A stretch of 64,000 nt of DNA, from NCBI GenBank assembly GCA_004022145.1, contig RCNU01000001.1; one strand, given 5' to 3'. The notes below the pieces were generated by a model. It worked only from the letters and a program-made list of their open reading frames with translations. It was not told the DNA's origin and did no database searches. The position numbers and the translations under genes are program-made. Below, piece after piece: positions 24,868-36,330 of the stretch. Origin of the DNA: Paecilomyces variotii (lineage: Eukaryota). The first letter of the stretch is position 1, and the number at the start of each line of letters is the position of its first letter.

Positions 24868-26505
24868 TTACCGCTTCCCGGGGTGTTTTCTCTCTGTAAG
24901 GTCCTTGTCGGCACCAGGAACACAGGCCCAGCTGCAACCCCGTCGCAGGAACGGTAAAGGACGCAGCTTCTCTTTGGATGGCCGGGGTCCTTTAAGACCG
25001 GACTCGTAGGTTGTACAGTCCCACCACTCAATCCACTGCGTACGCGGAACCACGAAGCTGCGGTGGCACACGGAACAGGAGCGGCCACCAACATCTCTAA
25101 TATCCCGAGCCTGCTGGAGTAATCGCACCACGGGACTCGGGAAGTATGAGAGGTCTGAGGCAAGAAGCTGGTCAAAGTACGGGTTTTGGTTGCATGCCAA
25201 AAGGGAGAGCTCGCGTAAAGACGGCACCCGCGAGGTATTTGTGGAGTTTTTGTACTTGTTAAAGCTCTTCCCCTCTGCCACAGGCAGCCCTTCCATGTTG
25301 AAAAAGCTGACTGGGCCCGTGGCAACGTGGATCGGGGCCCACGCTTCTTCTGGCGCCGGACCTTCGTACTCGAAGAGTCGGGTGTCTTCCTTGGAAGGTA
25401 TCTGACCGTCCGGATTCCTGTAATGCCACTCTTCAATGGTAGCATCTTCAATCTGGAGGAATGGATTTGGGCGCAATGTCACATGTTTGAGATCGCCCTT
25501 CCAAATCAGCCACAGGAGCTCCCAGGGTAGGTATTGAAGCCTGTTAACTGAAACATTGATCTCCTGTAACATGGTCAACTTTCGGATAGCGGCCGGAAGC
25601 TCGTGGAGTTTGTTGTTGCGCAAACTGAGGACCTTCAAGCTCCCCAGTTCAAAAAGTTCCGCGGGTAGACTTGTCAGCAGATTGCCCGACAAGAATAGCT
25701 GTAGAAACGGCTCTAAGGAACTATAGACTTCTTCCGTGACCGGTGCCTCTTTGACACAAGGCTGCTTCGTCAGATGAAGCAATGGTCGAAGGAGACCGTT
25801 TGGAATTGTCTTCAGATCCCCGTGGCTGAGAATAGCCCATTAGCAAAGCTTCAAAAGAGATAGGAGAGGAACCAACCTCAAGTCAATGCCATCTTGGCCC
25901 TTGTCCAGACAGTCATTCACAATGGACCGCGCCACCTGATGCTCCTTGGGCTCCTCCCGTCGAAACGCAGCACGAGGCTGAACGACGGGGCCATTGCGCG
26001 ACTCCTGGTGTCCCTTGGAGATCGCATCCGTGATGGCATTGGAAGAAGACCATCTGGTTGCCTTCGAGTCCGTTGCATTCTTGAGAAAGTCCTCGCCGCA
26101 CGAGTTGGCATCTTCCGACGTAGACGAGAAAAGCTCCACAGACGAGTCATCGCTCGCCATCCAAACACCACTGTCAACGTTTCTCTTTTCCTTGAAATCC
26201 GCCCTCTTGCGTTTCGGATCCATCACCATCTCCCCCCACCAGGTGCCTCGATACCGCCTCTTCCGCGATAGTCCTCCACAGCTGATGCCATGGTGGTAAT
26301 TCTCGAGACCGGACGCGGGCGTGTCATCGCTGGAAAACAGCGCGGGGTCGCTGGAAGGCTGACTCGAGAGGTCATCGAGTCGTGAGCGCGATGGATGATG
26401 CGGCTTGTGGAAGAATGCTTCAGGGATCGACTGCGCGGACGCTTGCTTCGTAGGTGAGCGGTGGCGGATCCGCCGCGGCGGAGGAAGAGGAATTTCGCTA
26501 TCCAT
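24868..26505 (-). CDS. Leucine-rich repeat protein
   Basis: ATG 26505 (MDSEIPLPPP); intron 25826-25876. LRRs LFLSGNLLTSLP, LSLRNNKLHELP, INVSVNRLQYLP; C-terminal CxxC...CSWAC. Confidence 0.85.
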
Positions 26506-27791
26506 AGTATCCTCGAGGCCGTTGAGCTGCAAAAAGGGCCAGTCTCGATAAAAGTCCAACGGTCACGGAGCGCACCGTTGAAGCGCACGCGCGCAACTGT
26601 ACCGTGAGGACTTGACAGACGGTCGCAGCAATCGCACTATCAACCCACGAGGTCGCGCCCCAGAATCAATGGGCGGCGATGGAGAAGATCACAGCGGACG
26701 GCGCATTATAAAAGCGCGAGAAATGCAGCGATCAGAACGAAGTGAAATGCTCGTGTGATCCCCCAGTGTCTCGAGTGTTTATCCCGCAATTCCGGACGCG
26801 TCGGGCGCGCCAATCAGTGGCGTGAGCGATTGATAAGACAGCCGGGACGTCATCCGCGTCTCCGCCAGTTCGTCTAGAATTATTAGATTATCTGAAGTTC
26901 GAGTTATCAAAGGATGATCTTCGCTGGACCAGCGCCGTTCACCGTCCTTGTCATCCTTGGCTCCTTATTGATGGGATTGGGATGAGGGACGGTGCTCCCG
27001 ACTCCAGAAGCCCTGATGAACACGGATGAACATCCCCTAAGATCGTCCCAACACCGCTCATCATCATCGGCTGCCGAGATGGAGGTCCACCGTCGATCGA
27101 CACTGTCAATCTCGTTCGCGGTCGATCCTGACGTTGGGAAAGGATTAAAGTCGACTACCTGCCAACTTCATGAATACTTTGATGATGCATTCATTCAGTC
27201 TTACGTCCTTTCTACTGCTGAAAACATGACCGCGATGTGATCTGATACAAAGGTGATATTAACTAGATACCGACAACTTCACAAACGGTTGAGAGGTTGC
27301 CACACGATATCAAAAATAAAAGAGGCCACATCTCGAAAGAGATAAAAAGGATGGGCCTTCTCCGTTCCAACAAAACGCCCACGCTTTTTTCTTCGATCAC
27401 TTCCGTTTGCTCATACACCTCACTGAGGTGATCCAAGATCTTCGCGAGCTACCGCGATGTATGGGTCAAAAGCAGCATGGACTCATGACAGTCAGAGAAA
27501 TCATATTCGAAGGGGTATAATCAAAAAGAAGTAACCAACAGGAGTCCCCCGCTTCCACGTCTCATTGGGACCGTCTGCTGATCAAAGAAGAGAAGTTGAA
27601 TCGTTGAAATAACCCCGTCCACTCACTCTCCAGGAGAATCAAGGATAAAAGGCCCCGCCAGATCTGGCACAAAAGTTATAAACAGGATAGAAGAAGAAAA
27701 GGGCCAATGTATCCAAAAGAGGCCGGCATCAGCAATTGACGATACCGCCTCCTGGTTTCATAGTTCCGCCCCGGTTGCCTAGAAGGGTAAC

Positions 27792-28145
27792 CTAAACAGC
27801 CACACCCATGATGAGCGCAAAAGAGCCAGCAACGAGTGCAGCAGGAATACTGCCCGTGCCAACACTCATGGCAGCGTTGGCGTGGCTTGGGCTTGCCGAA
27901 GCCTGGGTGCTGCTAGCAGAGACAGAGGCCGAGGCCGAGGCGCTAGCCGCGCGAGAGGGTGTGACAGCAGCAGAGCTGGATGCGACGGCGACGGAGGAAG
28001 ACGGTGTCACTGTGGCCGTGGCCACGGCGCGGACAAGAGTCTTGGTGAGCGTCCGGGTGGTGGTCATGGTGGACGATGCGTCCTCCGCAGCGACAAGCTG
28101 GGTTCCAGCCAGGAAGATGGCAGTCAAGATAGCACCCACGCGCAT
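27792..28145 (-). CDS. Small Ser/Thr/Ala-rich GPI-anchored cell-surface protein (117 aa)
   Basis: Signal peptide MRVGAILTAIFLAG, S/T/A-rich body, NAA omega-like site and hydrophobic C-terminal tail. Confidence 0.85.
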   Translation of the reverse strand: MRVGAILTAIFLAGTQLVAAEDASSTMTTTRTLTKTLVRAVATATVTPSSSVAVASSSAAVTPSRAASASASASVSASSTQASASPSHANAAMSVGTGSIPAALVAGSFALIMGVAV

Positions 28146-28944
28146 TTTGCTTGGTTGGAGGCTATATACAACAGACGATATATCTGGATTTGTTTTGTTG
28201 TTCAAGGGACGTTTCACCGCTGAGATACTCGACAGGAAGGCCGCGAAGAGGCTAGAGGTCGAGACTGCTCAGTTGAATAAGACGCTAAGAAACGTGGCAA
28301 GGACCGAGAAGAGCTTTCGATGGGAAGCTTTGTTCAATGTGACACCGTGCGGCTTAGATGAGACTGGACAAGACAGCGCAAAGAGCCGGTGAGTCTGTTG
28401 ACAGGTGAGAACAGGATTCCGGGACAGCTACGCAAGAGAATGAAGCGTTGCAGTCAACCTGTATCTTGGTAAAGAGTGTTGAGGGGAGCACTGCTCGACT
28501 GAGGTAAAAGAGCGAATGGAGCTTGCAACTATCGGCTTTCAGGTGCGTTGGCAGAGTGAGCGCAGAGGTGAGTATATAACGGGGGCGGAAGGGGAGTTTT
28601 ATGATGGTTTGGGGCTACACCGTCCTACAGGTCTATGCTTGTCAAGCGCCCTCCGGGGAAGGCCCGCCTTCCAATAGCTCCCAAACAAGCTCGATGCGAA
28701 GGAGATTTCGTTCCTCTCCTCATCATCATTGGACCGCTTACTCCTGCTGTGGCCACCGTTGATACCATCCCTTTAACCTCGCCCCAGATCAGGCCATCAA
28801 TTTGGCCTCCATCTCAGAGGTGGGGCCCATACGGGGGTATCCTCTCCCAGTCTCCAGAAGCCTCGCAAAACAACAAGCCTCTCAAGTCCCGGCAAAGAGA
28901 CGCGCCCAATTCTGCCAAGAGGTCATGTCGAGCGTTGTACACTA

Positions 28945-30878
28945 TCCATGACTAAGCTCACCCACACGCCTTCCGGGCGTGTGGGTGAGCCACAGCGTAC
29001 TAATAATTAACACCCTAATCAAAAAATCTTCATATTTTTCAACTCCAAAGCTCTTCAACCCACCTACCATGGCTGAAGCTACTAGTCTTAATAATCTTAA
29101 TATTATTTAGGCTGTCGCCTTCGCCTAGAGCCAAAAAAAACCTAATCTTATAAAAATTGCGCATAAATTTAGTATTTCTTATTAGATCCTACAGAGTTGC
29201 GTTAAGAACCTTTACTAACCTTATACCGCTAGAATACCGGTTAATAAAGCGCTTAAAAATCATTAAGAGAAGGCTTTAATCTAGTAGATTATATTTATAT
29301 AAGGAGTTTATATATTAGTAACTCCTAAGCTGCTGGAGGCATAAGCTAATTAAACCCTTACTTGCACAGGTAAGGAATACTATATTAATAAGATATAGAT
29401 ATATCGCTTTAAAAAAAAGCTTTCTAATAAACTTAAATTGGGTTCAGTTAAGTAAAAGATTAAAAAATTAAAATATATTTAAGCTAAGGATGCTGGATTT
29501 TTTTGTTATTAGTATACTTAGCTTAAAGGCGTGCTTAAGGATATACCTCTATATCTAGTCTACAACTTTAATAAATGTGGATTCTAACCTGGCAAAGGTT
29601 AAGATAAGAATATAATTAGCTCTAAAGATTACTATACAAACCTTACTAAAGCTAAAAAGGGTAAAATTATTACTGTTATTAAATATATTGCTGCTAATAA
29701 TTAATAAATAAATTCTTTTTTTATTTTTAAAAGTAATAAGATCTTTATAAAAGATTAGTTCTATAGCAATAAAGAATTCCCCCCTAATATTATTATAGCA
29801 ATATCTCCAACTAGCTAGATTAATAATAAAATAGTATTAAAATAGCTGAACTATTTTATTACAGCAACAAACCCCTAAATAAGAAAAAAAGAATATTGAG
29901 TTCTTCTATTTAACAATTATAGATCCTATCTTATACTTAAATTCTTCTAGATATATAAATACTGGAATATTACTCCCTTTAGCTTCCTACCTTATATAAT
30001 ATATTTTTGCTAACTGCTTAATAATAAGCCCTATTTAAATTATAAGTAATATTAGCGGAGGATAAATAATAAGCTATTATACTAGGCTAGTAAGCCTATA
30101 AAGAAGTTGGAGTTTTTATAAATAATTAGACCTATATAAGCTAAAGCTTTTAATACTCAAATTATCTGTAACTCCTTTTATAAGTATAATATTTATCTAG
30201 TTAATAGCAATGATATTATTAATAAATTGGCTAATTAATATAAATTAACCCTTGAGCTCTACTAGCCTAAAAAGAGAACTCTATCTTTAACGCCTATAAA
30301 TATCTTATTATCTAATATTAAACCTTCTCCACCTAAGTTAGCTGAAGCTCTTAAGAGGAATTAGATAAAGCTATTAAAGTATATTAACTTTTTAATACTA
30401 AAGTTATAATAAAATCTATAAAGAGTTTATAAATATAGTTAAATTATAAGCAAAGAGTTAGCTATAGTCAGCAATATAGTTAAGTAGATTAAAGCAGCCT
30501 AAGTACTTCTATATTACCCCTATACTAACTAATAGGTTAAATATTTTAATAGCAGTGGGATATTAGCTATATAAGATATAAATTGCTTAATTACTGATAA
30601 GAAGGCAAAAATGCTTAAAGTAAAGGAGCAGAAGTTAAAGAAATAACATAATAAAGTCTTTGGTATAATGCTAATCCTAGCCCCTATATAAAAAATATAG
30701 GTGCTAATTAGATCGGCAGAAGCAGCAGAATATAACAGTACCCTTTTTAAATAGATAATTACCCAATTAGGTTAAAGATATGCAAATATCCTCAAATTTT
30801 TATTAATAAGGTGTTAATTATTACTACGCCATGGCTCACCCACACCGCTTCCGCGGTGTGGGTGAGCCTAGTCACGGA
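28945..30878 (+). mobile_element. pogo/Fot1-family DNA transposon, RIP-inactivated
   Basis: TA at 28943-44 and 30879-80; imperfect TIRs (TCCRTGACTARGCTCACCCACAC...TAATAATTAACACC). Relic ORF from ATG 29069 with HTH-like region and DDD motifs VYNF(D>N)(E>K)CGF at ~29558, LLF(D>N) at ~29900 and FLP..C(Q>*)xL(D>N) at ~29984-30020. Extreme TpA richness and many TAA/TAG stops. Confidence 0.93.
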
Positions 30879-33495
30879 TATGCGCTAGTGGGCCAAGGGA
30901 AGCCGTGCAATTTCTTTTGCGACAGGGAGTCTATGATTTGTTGCAGCCCCTGGCGCCGACGGCCGCTAAGACACGTAGCGACCACTGTAAGGGCAGACGT
31001 TCCTGGGAACTCGAGAGTACGAAGACCATAGCGGCCGTAGTCTCCGGGAGATTGAGTATGGTTAAAAGGCGCCAATATGCGTGGTCCATGGAAAGTCCAG
31101 AAAACCCTCTTAGGCGGGTCTTCGGTTCAAGCCATGCGACGGTGGGTCATGAGATGATCTTCCGGATATGGTATGAAGACGGAGATGGAGGGGAAAATTC
31201 GGTTAGATTCTGAAGAGAAGCTCGGCGCGGGCGAAAGGCCCACCGTTTTTGGTCTTTGCTTGCAGGGCGACGTGCGCTTCGCACATCGTCTATCCAGGAA
31301 CAACGACTCGTGCGTCTTCATAACAGGAAGGTGAGCCATTTGGGAGTTGTGGTCGTATTGCAAGCGGGGGGGCGACTTTTCAGGCACAAAACGCTACTAT
31401 TGTCTCCCTGAAGGCGCTGCCCGGAAACATTATTATTGTTTTCATCCTGGCGCTGTGCTGGTATTTCCCCCTGGCGCCAGCTCCTGCTGTTGTATGGGTT
31501 GCGCGATCGTCGTTTTATCTCGATCCGCGCCTGGCCATTGGTTGGACAGAAGCGTCTCATTTTAAGAATGGCCTTATATTGCACTATTATACTGTTCGTC
31601 CAACACCGGCTGTCCTGAACAGCAGACCGCTACTGATTCAGGAAAGGAGAGTAACAGCGCTTACCCCCGCCCAATCTCATTTCCGGAGCTATTCGAGATA
31701 CAGCATGGCAGTCATGGGACTACTAAGGGCGGTCAAATGTCGCTGTCAAGATCGCCCTGTCTGTCGGAAATCGAAGCTTTCAACTGAACCACCCTATGAA
31801 GGGCTCAATGGGTCTGAAAAGAGGAAAGATTTTTCTTCCTGCTTTGCCTTCCCTGCAACGTAAGAGGCGCATGCGGCCAACACGAGCGGTTGCGGTGTGG
31901 CAATCAGACTGCATGAAGCCCAACTCGCCTCTCTGTGCGATTGATGAATAATAATACGGAGCACCACTGTCGGGCCACGGCCGACATGCTCGTATAGCCG
32001 TTGCTGGCTCAACTCAATTGTTGTTGGCGCCGGGTCCGTGGTTCAACTGTTCGGGTTCCTGAAGAGGTCCACAAAAGAGAGATCGCCATCACTAGAACGA
32101 ACAGCTGCTCGGCTGGACGACATCTAGACCCAAAGATCATCTGGGAGCTCCTTGCATAGTCGCGCGCGCTGTTGATGAAGCAATATAACTTGCAAAGACG
32201 TGCGATTCAATAATGCTTTCAACTGCTAAGCGAAGGGGCGAATGTCTCCAGGAGTCAATAATAATGTCCATAACTACTGGGGACCGAAGTCGGAATGTCA
32301 CGTGACATACATAAGGCTGAGCGTTCGCCTCCATCGGCACAGCCGGGTTGGACTGTGCGGAATCTGTGGAATCTGGATAGACGGTTGACTGACGTCCTGT
32401 CTGCCATCCGTGGTAGTTCGGCTGGGTCCAAATAATAATAATAATGGCGAACCGTTGGGCCGTTCATCCTGCTTGAGAAGGGCTGCCCTCAACGCTTATT
32501 ATTGCTGAGCAAGAGTTCTGTGATGCCATTCAGATCCCATTTTTCTCTTCAAAACCCGCGGACTCGCCACCTGCTGCGACATCAGCGTCGAATCAGAGTA
32601 CAATTCATGCAAAGCCAGAATATACTGTTCTGTAGACTTTAAGAGTATGTCGTTCCTTCGGCTCGTTCATCGACCGGCCCAGAACACTCACCCACTGCAA
32701 AGCAGAAAAAAATCTTCCAATGGCAGACAGCGGAGCTTTTTCACCCGCACAGTACCGCATGTACCGGATATGGTCTTGTCGTCCATGGAATGCAATGAGA
32801 AAGATCTGAAGCGGACTGGATCTTACGCGTAAGCAATACTTGGCTGAATTCTGAGTGTAAGCTTGGAGGTGAATGTTCTATTCTTGCAGTGCCCCATCAA
32901 CGAAAAGTCTATAACTCTATCATCGCTATTGTAGCCGAATACGCACTACTAATCACAAGGCAATTACATATGTTCAACCGGGTTATCTCGGAATCAATGC
33001 TTAACGATTTCACTCTCTTCAAGACTTCATTCTTTCTTGCGCCTCGACTGTGTGCGTCCGCTTAGTAACCAAAGCACAGCAGTGTCATGCCTCAAGCATT
33101 TTATGGAAGTCAACTAAATTCAATCTGATAACGAGGGTAATCTGCTTTCTCAGACGGTTTATATTGACCTTGTCCGGGCACTGGCTTTATATATGTACAG
33201 TAGTAGTCCTTAGAATATATCCTCTGAGATTGCACTAGGTACGTTACTAGGTAATTCGATATACGTCACAGAACATAGAAGCGCATACATCTTGTAGAGT
33301 TAATATGTGCTTCGAATACATATCACATGAGCAGATAGAGCTACACAATCTTGTCAGATTATGCTTCGCAGTATGTGTATGATAGGAACTATGTGCTCTT
33401 TAGCAGTAGTTCTCAGTGGTTACCGGATCTCCACGACTACATGTCTAAGAGGGTAATAGAACTGAATTTGACTCAAGTACGAGAACATATCAATT

Positions 33496-33614
33496 GCATA
33501 CGACCATAGGGTGTGGAAAACAGGGCTTCCCGTCCGCTCAGCCGTACTTAAGCCACACGCCGGCAGGTTAGTAGTTGGGTGGGTGACCACCAGCGAATCC
33601 CTGCTGTTGTATGT
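33496..33614 (+). rRNA. Dispersed 5S rRNA gene
   Basis: 119 nt GCATACGACCATAGGGTGTGGAAAACAGGGCTTCCCGTCCGCTCAGCC...CAGCGAATCCCTGCTGTTGTATGT, matching the ascomycete 5S consensus. The two ends pair. Confidence 0.97.
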
Positions 33615-33620
33615 TTTTTT
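33614..33620 (+). terminator. RNA polymerase III T-run terminator of the 5S gene
   Basis: T7 run directly at the 5S 3' end, with a second T run just after. Confidence 0.85.
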
Positions 33621-34525
33621 GTCTTTTTTTCTTCTTGGTCCATTGTCGTTGCATCTAGTTTTTGATAGATCTTGGTCTACCTATTATTGACCAGGTGGTG
33701 ACCACATCACCAGACATGGTTAAGCTGACCCTGCGGTGGCCGTCAGATTAGAAGAAAAAAATTAGATCTACATAGTCACACACCTGCTTGGACTAGGCTC
33801 CGGAGGGTATCTTATTTTGGAATTCAGTATTTATCTTTATCTCCCGAATAGGTAAATAATAGATCATAGATCATATAGATCTACTAGTCAGCACCCACCT
33901 GCCATGCTGCAAGCCGGGCTATATCCCCATATCACTGCAGTAAAACCCGTCAAAGGAGATGTGCAGCCGGGTTGGGACACTCTTACACAGTAGATGAAAC
34001 AGCATGTGAGCCCTCTACAGACCCCAGGGCATTTATAAGTAACAGCTAGATTGGCAGATTTAGTCCTTCAAGCAATCTAGAGCAATTCTATCATAGACCC
34101 ATGTTCGGCTCCCATCTTTGTAGTATCTGTAATACTTAGCCTGTTGTATAGAAAAGTATTGAATTACAACCTTTATCCCAAATTGACCTTTTACTACTAA
34201 CATTTTTACCCTTGATGCCGAACCTCCCGCACGGAATCCCTATACCATAGACCAGGATGTCTGATTGTAATGCCTCAGCGGGGCTTCGGTGCGGCCCCCG
34301 AGCCCAGGGAGTCCAAAGACGGACCGACCGGAGCGAAGTGCATCATTGTACTCCCTTGCGACATGTCAGATCCTCATAGCGTCTTACCTATGGCATAGTT
34401 ATGCTATGGTGCCAGTGCCCGATCTTCTTGTTCTTGAAAGACAAAGTGGGTGCACTAGCCGCCGTACTGTAGTATGCTGATCTGAACATCTTGGGACAAA
34501 ATCACAAGCACCTCAAACCACCAGC

Positions 34526-36304
34526 ATGAATCTTTTAGGGTATAATTTTGGTGTTTTGTATATTGGTGCAGCAGCAGCAGTGTATTTCAAGCCAGAATAT
34601 ACTATCTACGACTCGAGACTGTTGACCCTTCTTGCTGTGTTTTCTATCATCACCCTCTTCAAGTTGATATACAATGTGTCGTTATACCCAGCTCTTTTCA
34701 CCCCACTAAAAGAGATACAAACGCCGTCAGTAAGTGGGTCGAGTTAAGCATACCATACTGCCTATTAATATATTTGAAACTGACATTATTATTTTCATAG
34801 GGTCGACACTGGCTTAGAGGAAACGGCGTGTCTTTCTTTGTTGATACACCATTTGAACCAATGAGGAAATGGGCACGCAGTATGCCGAATGACGGTCTGA
34901 TCCGTTACTATACTGTCGGAAATTTGGAGAGGGTCTTTCCGACAAGCACTGCAGCCTTGAGAGAAGTATTGGTAAACAAGGCTTATGATTTTGCCAAACC
35001 TCGAATCATACAACAATTCTTGTACCCTATAGTTGGAAATGGCCTTCTACTTGCAGAGGGGGAAGAACATAAGGTACGTCATGATTATTATGTCGATTCT
35101 ATGTATGTATGTATGTATGTATTGACTCACTTTTCTTCTGTTCCAGGTTCAACGCAAAAGCTTGATGCCAGCGTTCTCATACCGCCACATCAAAGATCTC
35201 TATCCGATTTTCTGGACGAAGAGCATAGAGATGGTGAAAGGAATAGAACAGGATCTGCAGCGCAGAGGGCCCGATGAAGATAACACGATACAAGTCCGCA
35301 ACTGGGTTGGACGAGCAGCGCTCGATATAATCGGCGTGGCGGGCATGGATCAAGACTTCGACTCGCTACGCAACCCTTCTGGAAGATTAAACGAGTCTTA
35401 TCACAAAGTATTTACCCTGCCTTCCTTTGGAACAAAGATGCTTCTGTTACTTGGCAGAATCATCGGTGATATCGCATGGGTCCAGTCCCTGCCAACGAAG
35501 CGAAACAAGGACATCCAGGATGGAAGACAAACGATCCGCGATGTCGCGCGGCAAATGATTCGAGAAAAGAGGGAAAAACTGAAAAATGCCGACTCAAAGA
35601 CCGGCCTGGATATTATCTCTGTTGCCATGTCTGGTGACTCTACCTTCGAAGAAGAAAGATTGGTCGACCAACTCATGACGTTCCTCGCGGCGGGACATGA
35701 AACCACCGCCAGCGCTATGCAGTGGGCTGTCTACGCGCTCTCCAAAAGACCAGAGATGCAAACGCGCCTACGCGAAGAGATTCGCGCAAATCTTCCCTCC
35801 ATTTCTGTAGAAAGACCGGAGCAGATCGACGCCGTCACAATCGACAACCTGCCTTACCTCCACGCTGTCTGCAACGAGGTCCTCCGTTTTCACCCAGTTG
35901 TACCCAACACCAATCGTGTCGCTCTCAAAGACACCACTTTGGTGGGCAAGCCCATTCCAAAAGGTACAACCATTGTCCTAGTACCGGAGGTCATTAATAA
36001 ACTTGAGGAGCTATGGGGTCCGGATGCGGACGAGTTCAACCCAGATCGATTCATGGGTCAGGGTATGGCGAATACGGGTGGTGCAAGCAGTAACTACGCT
36101 CTTCTCACATTCCTTCATGGCCCTCGTAGCTGCATCGGACAGGGCTTTGCAAAAGGCGAGCTAGCCTGTTTGCTTGCTGCTACAGTCGGTCGTTTCAAAT
36201 TCGAATTGAAGTACCCGGATGCTAAGCTGGAAGTGCAGGAAGGTGCTACTCGCGCGCCTAAAGATGGTGTTTTGGCGAAGTTTACGCCAGTGGAAGGGTG
36301 GTAA
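34526..36304 (+). CDS. sphH: Cytochrome P450 monooxygenase (SphH-like)
   Basis: Introns 34730-34800 and 35074-35146. N-terminal anchor, AGHETT, EVLR, PDRF and heme motif FLHGPRSCIG. Symbol from cluster context. Confidence 0.9.
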
Positions 36305-36330
36305 AACTGATACTGGCGAGTCTTTTAGAC

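Noticed and set aside
10081-32449. Identical AATAATAATAATAATGGCG at 10081 and 32431
   Set aside because: Mostly an (AAT)n microsatellite with too little unique sequence to claim a shared element.
33496-33614. Starship element inserted at the 5S gene carrying the cluster
   Set aside because: The 5S gene is intact and no DUF3435 tyrosine recombinase (captain) is visible next to it.
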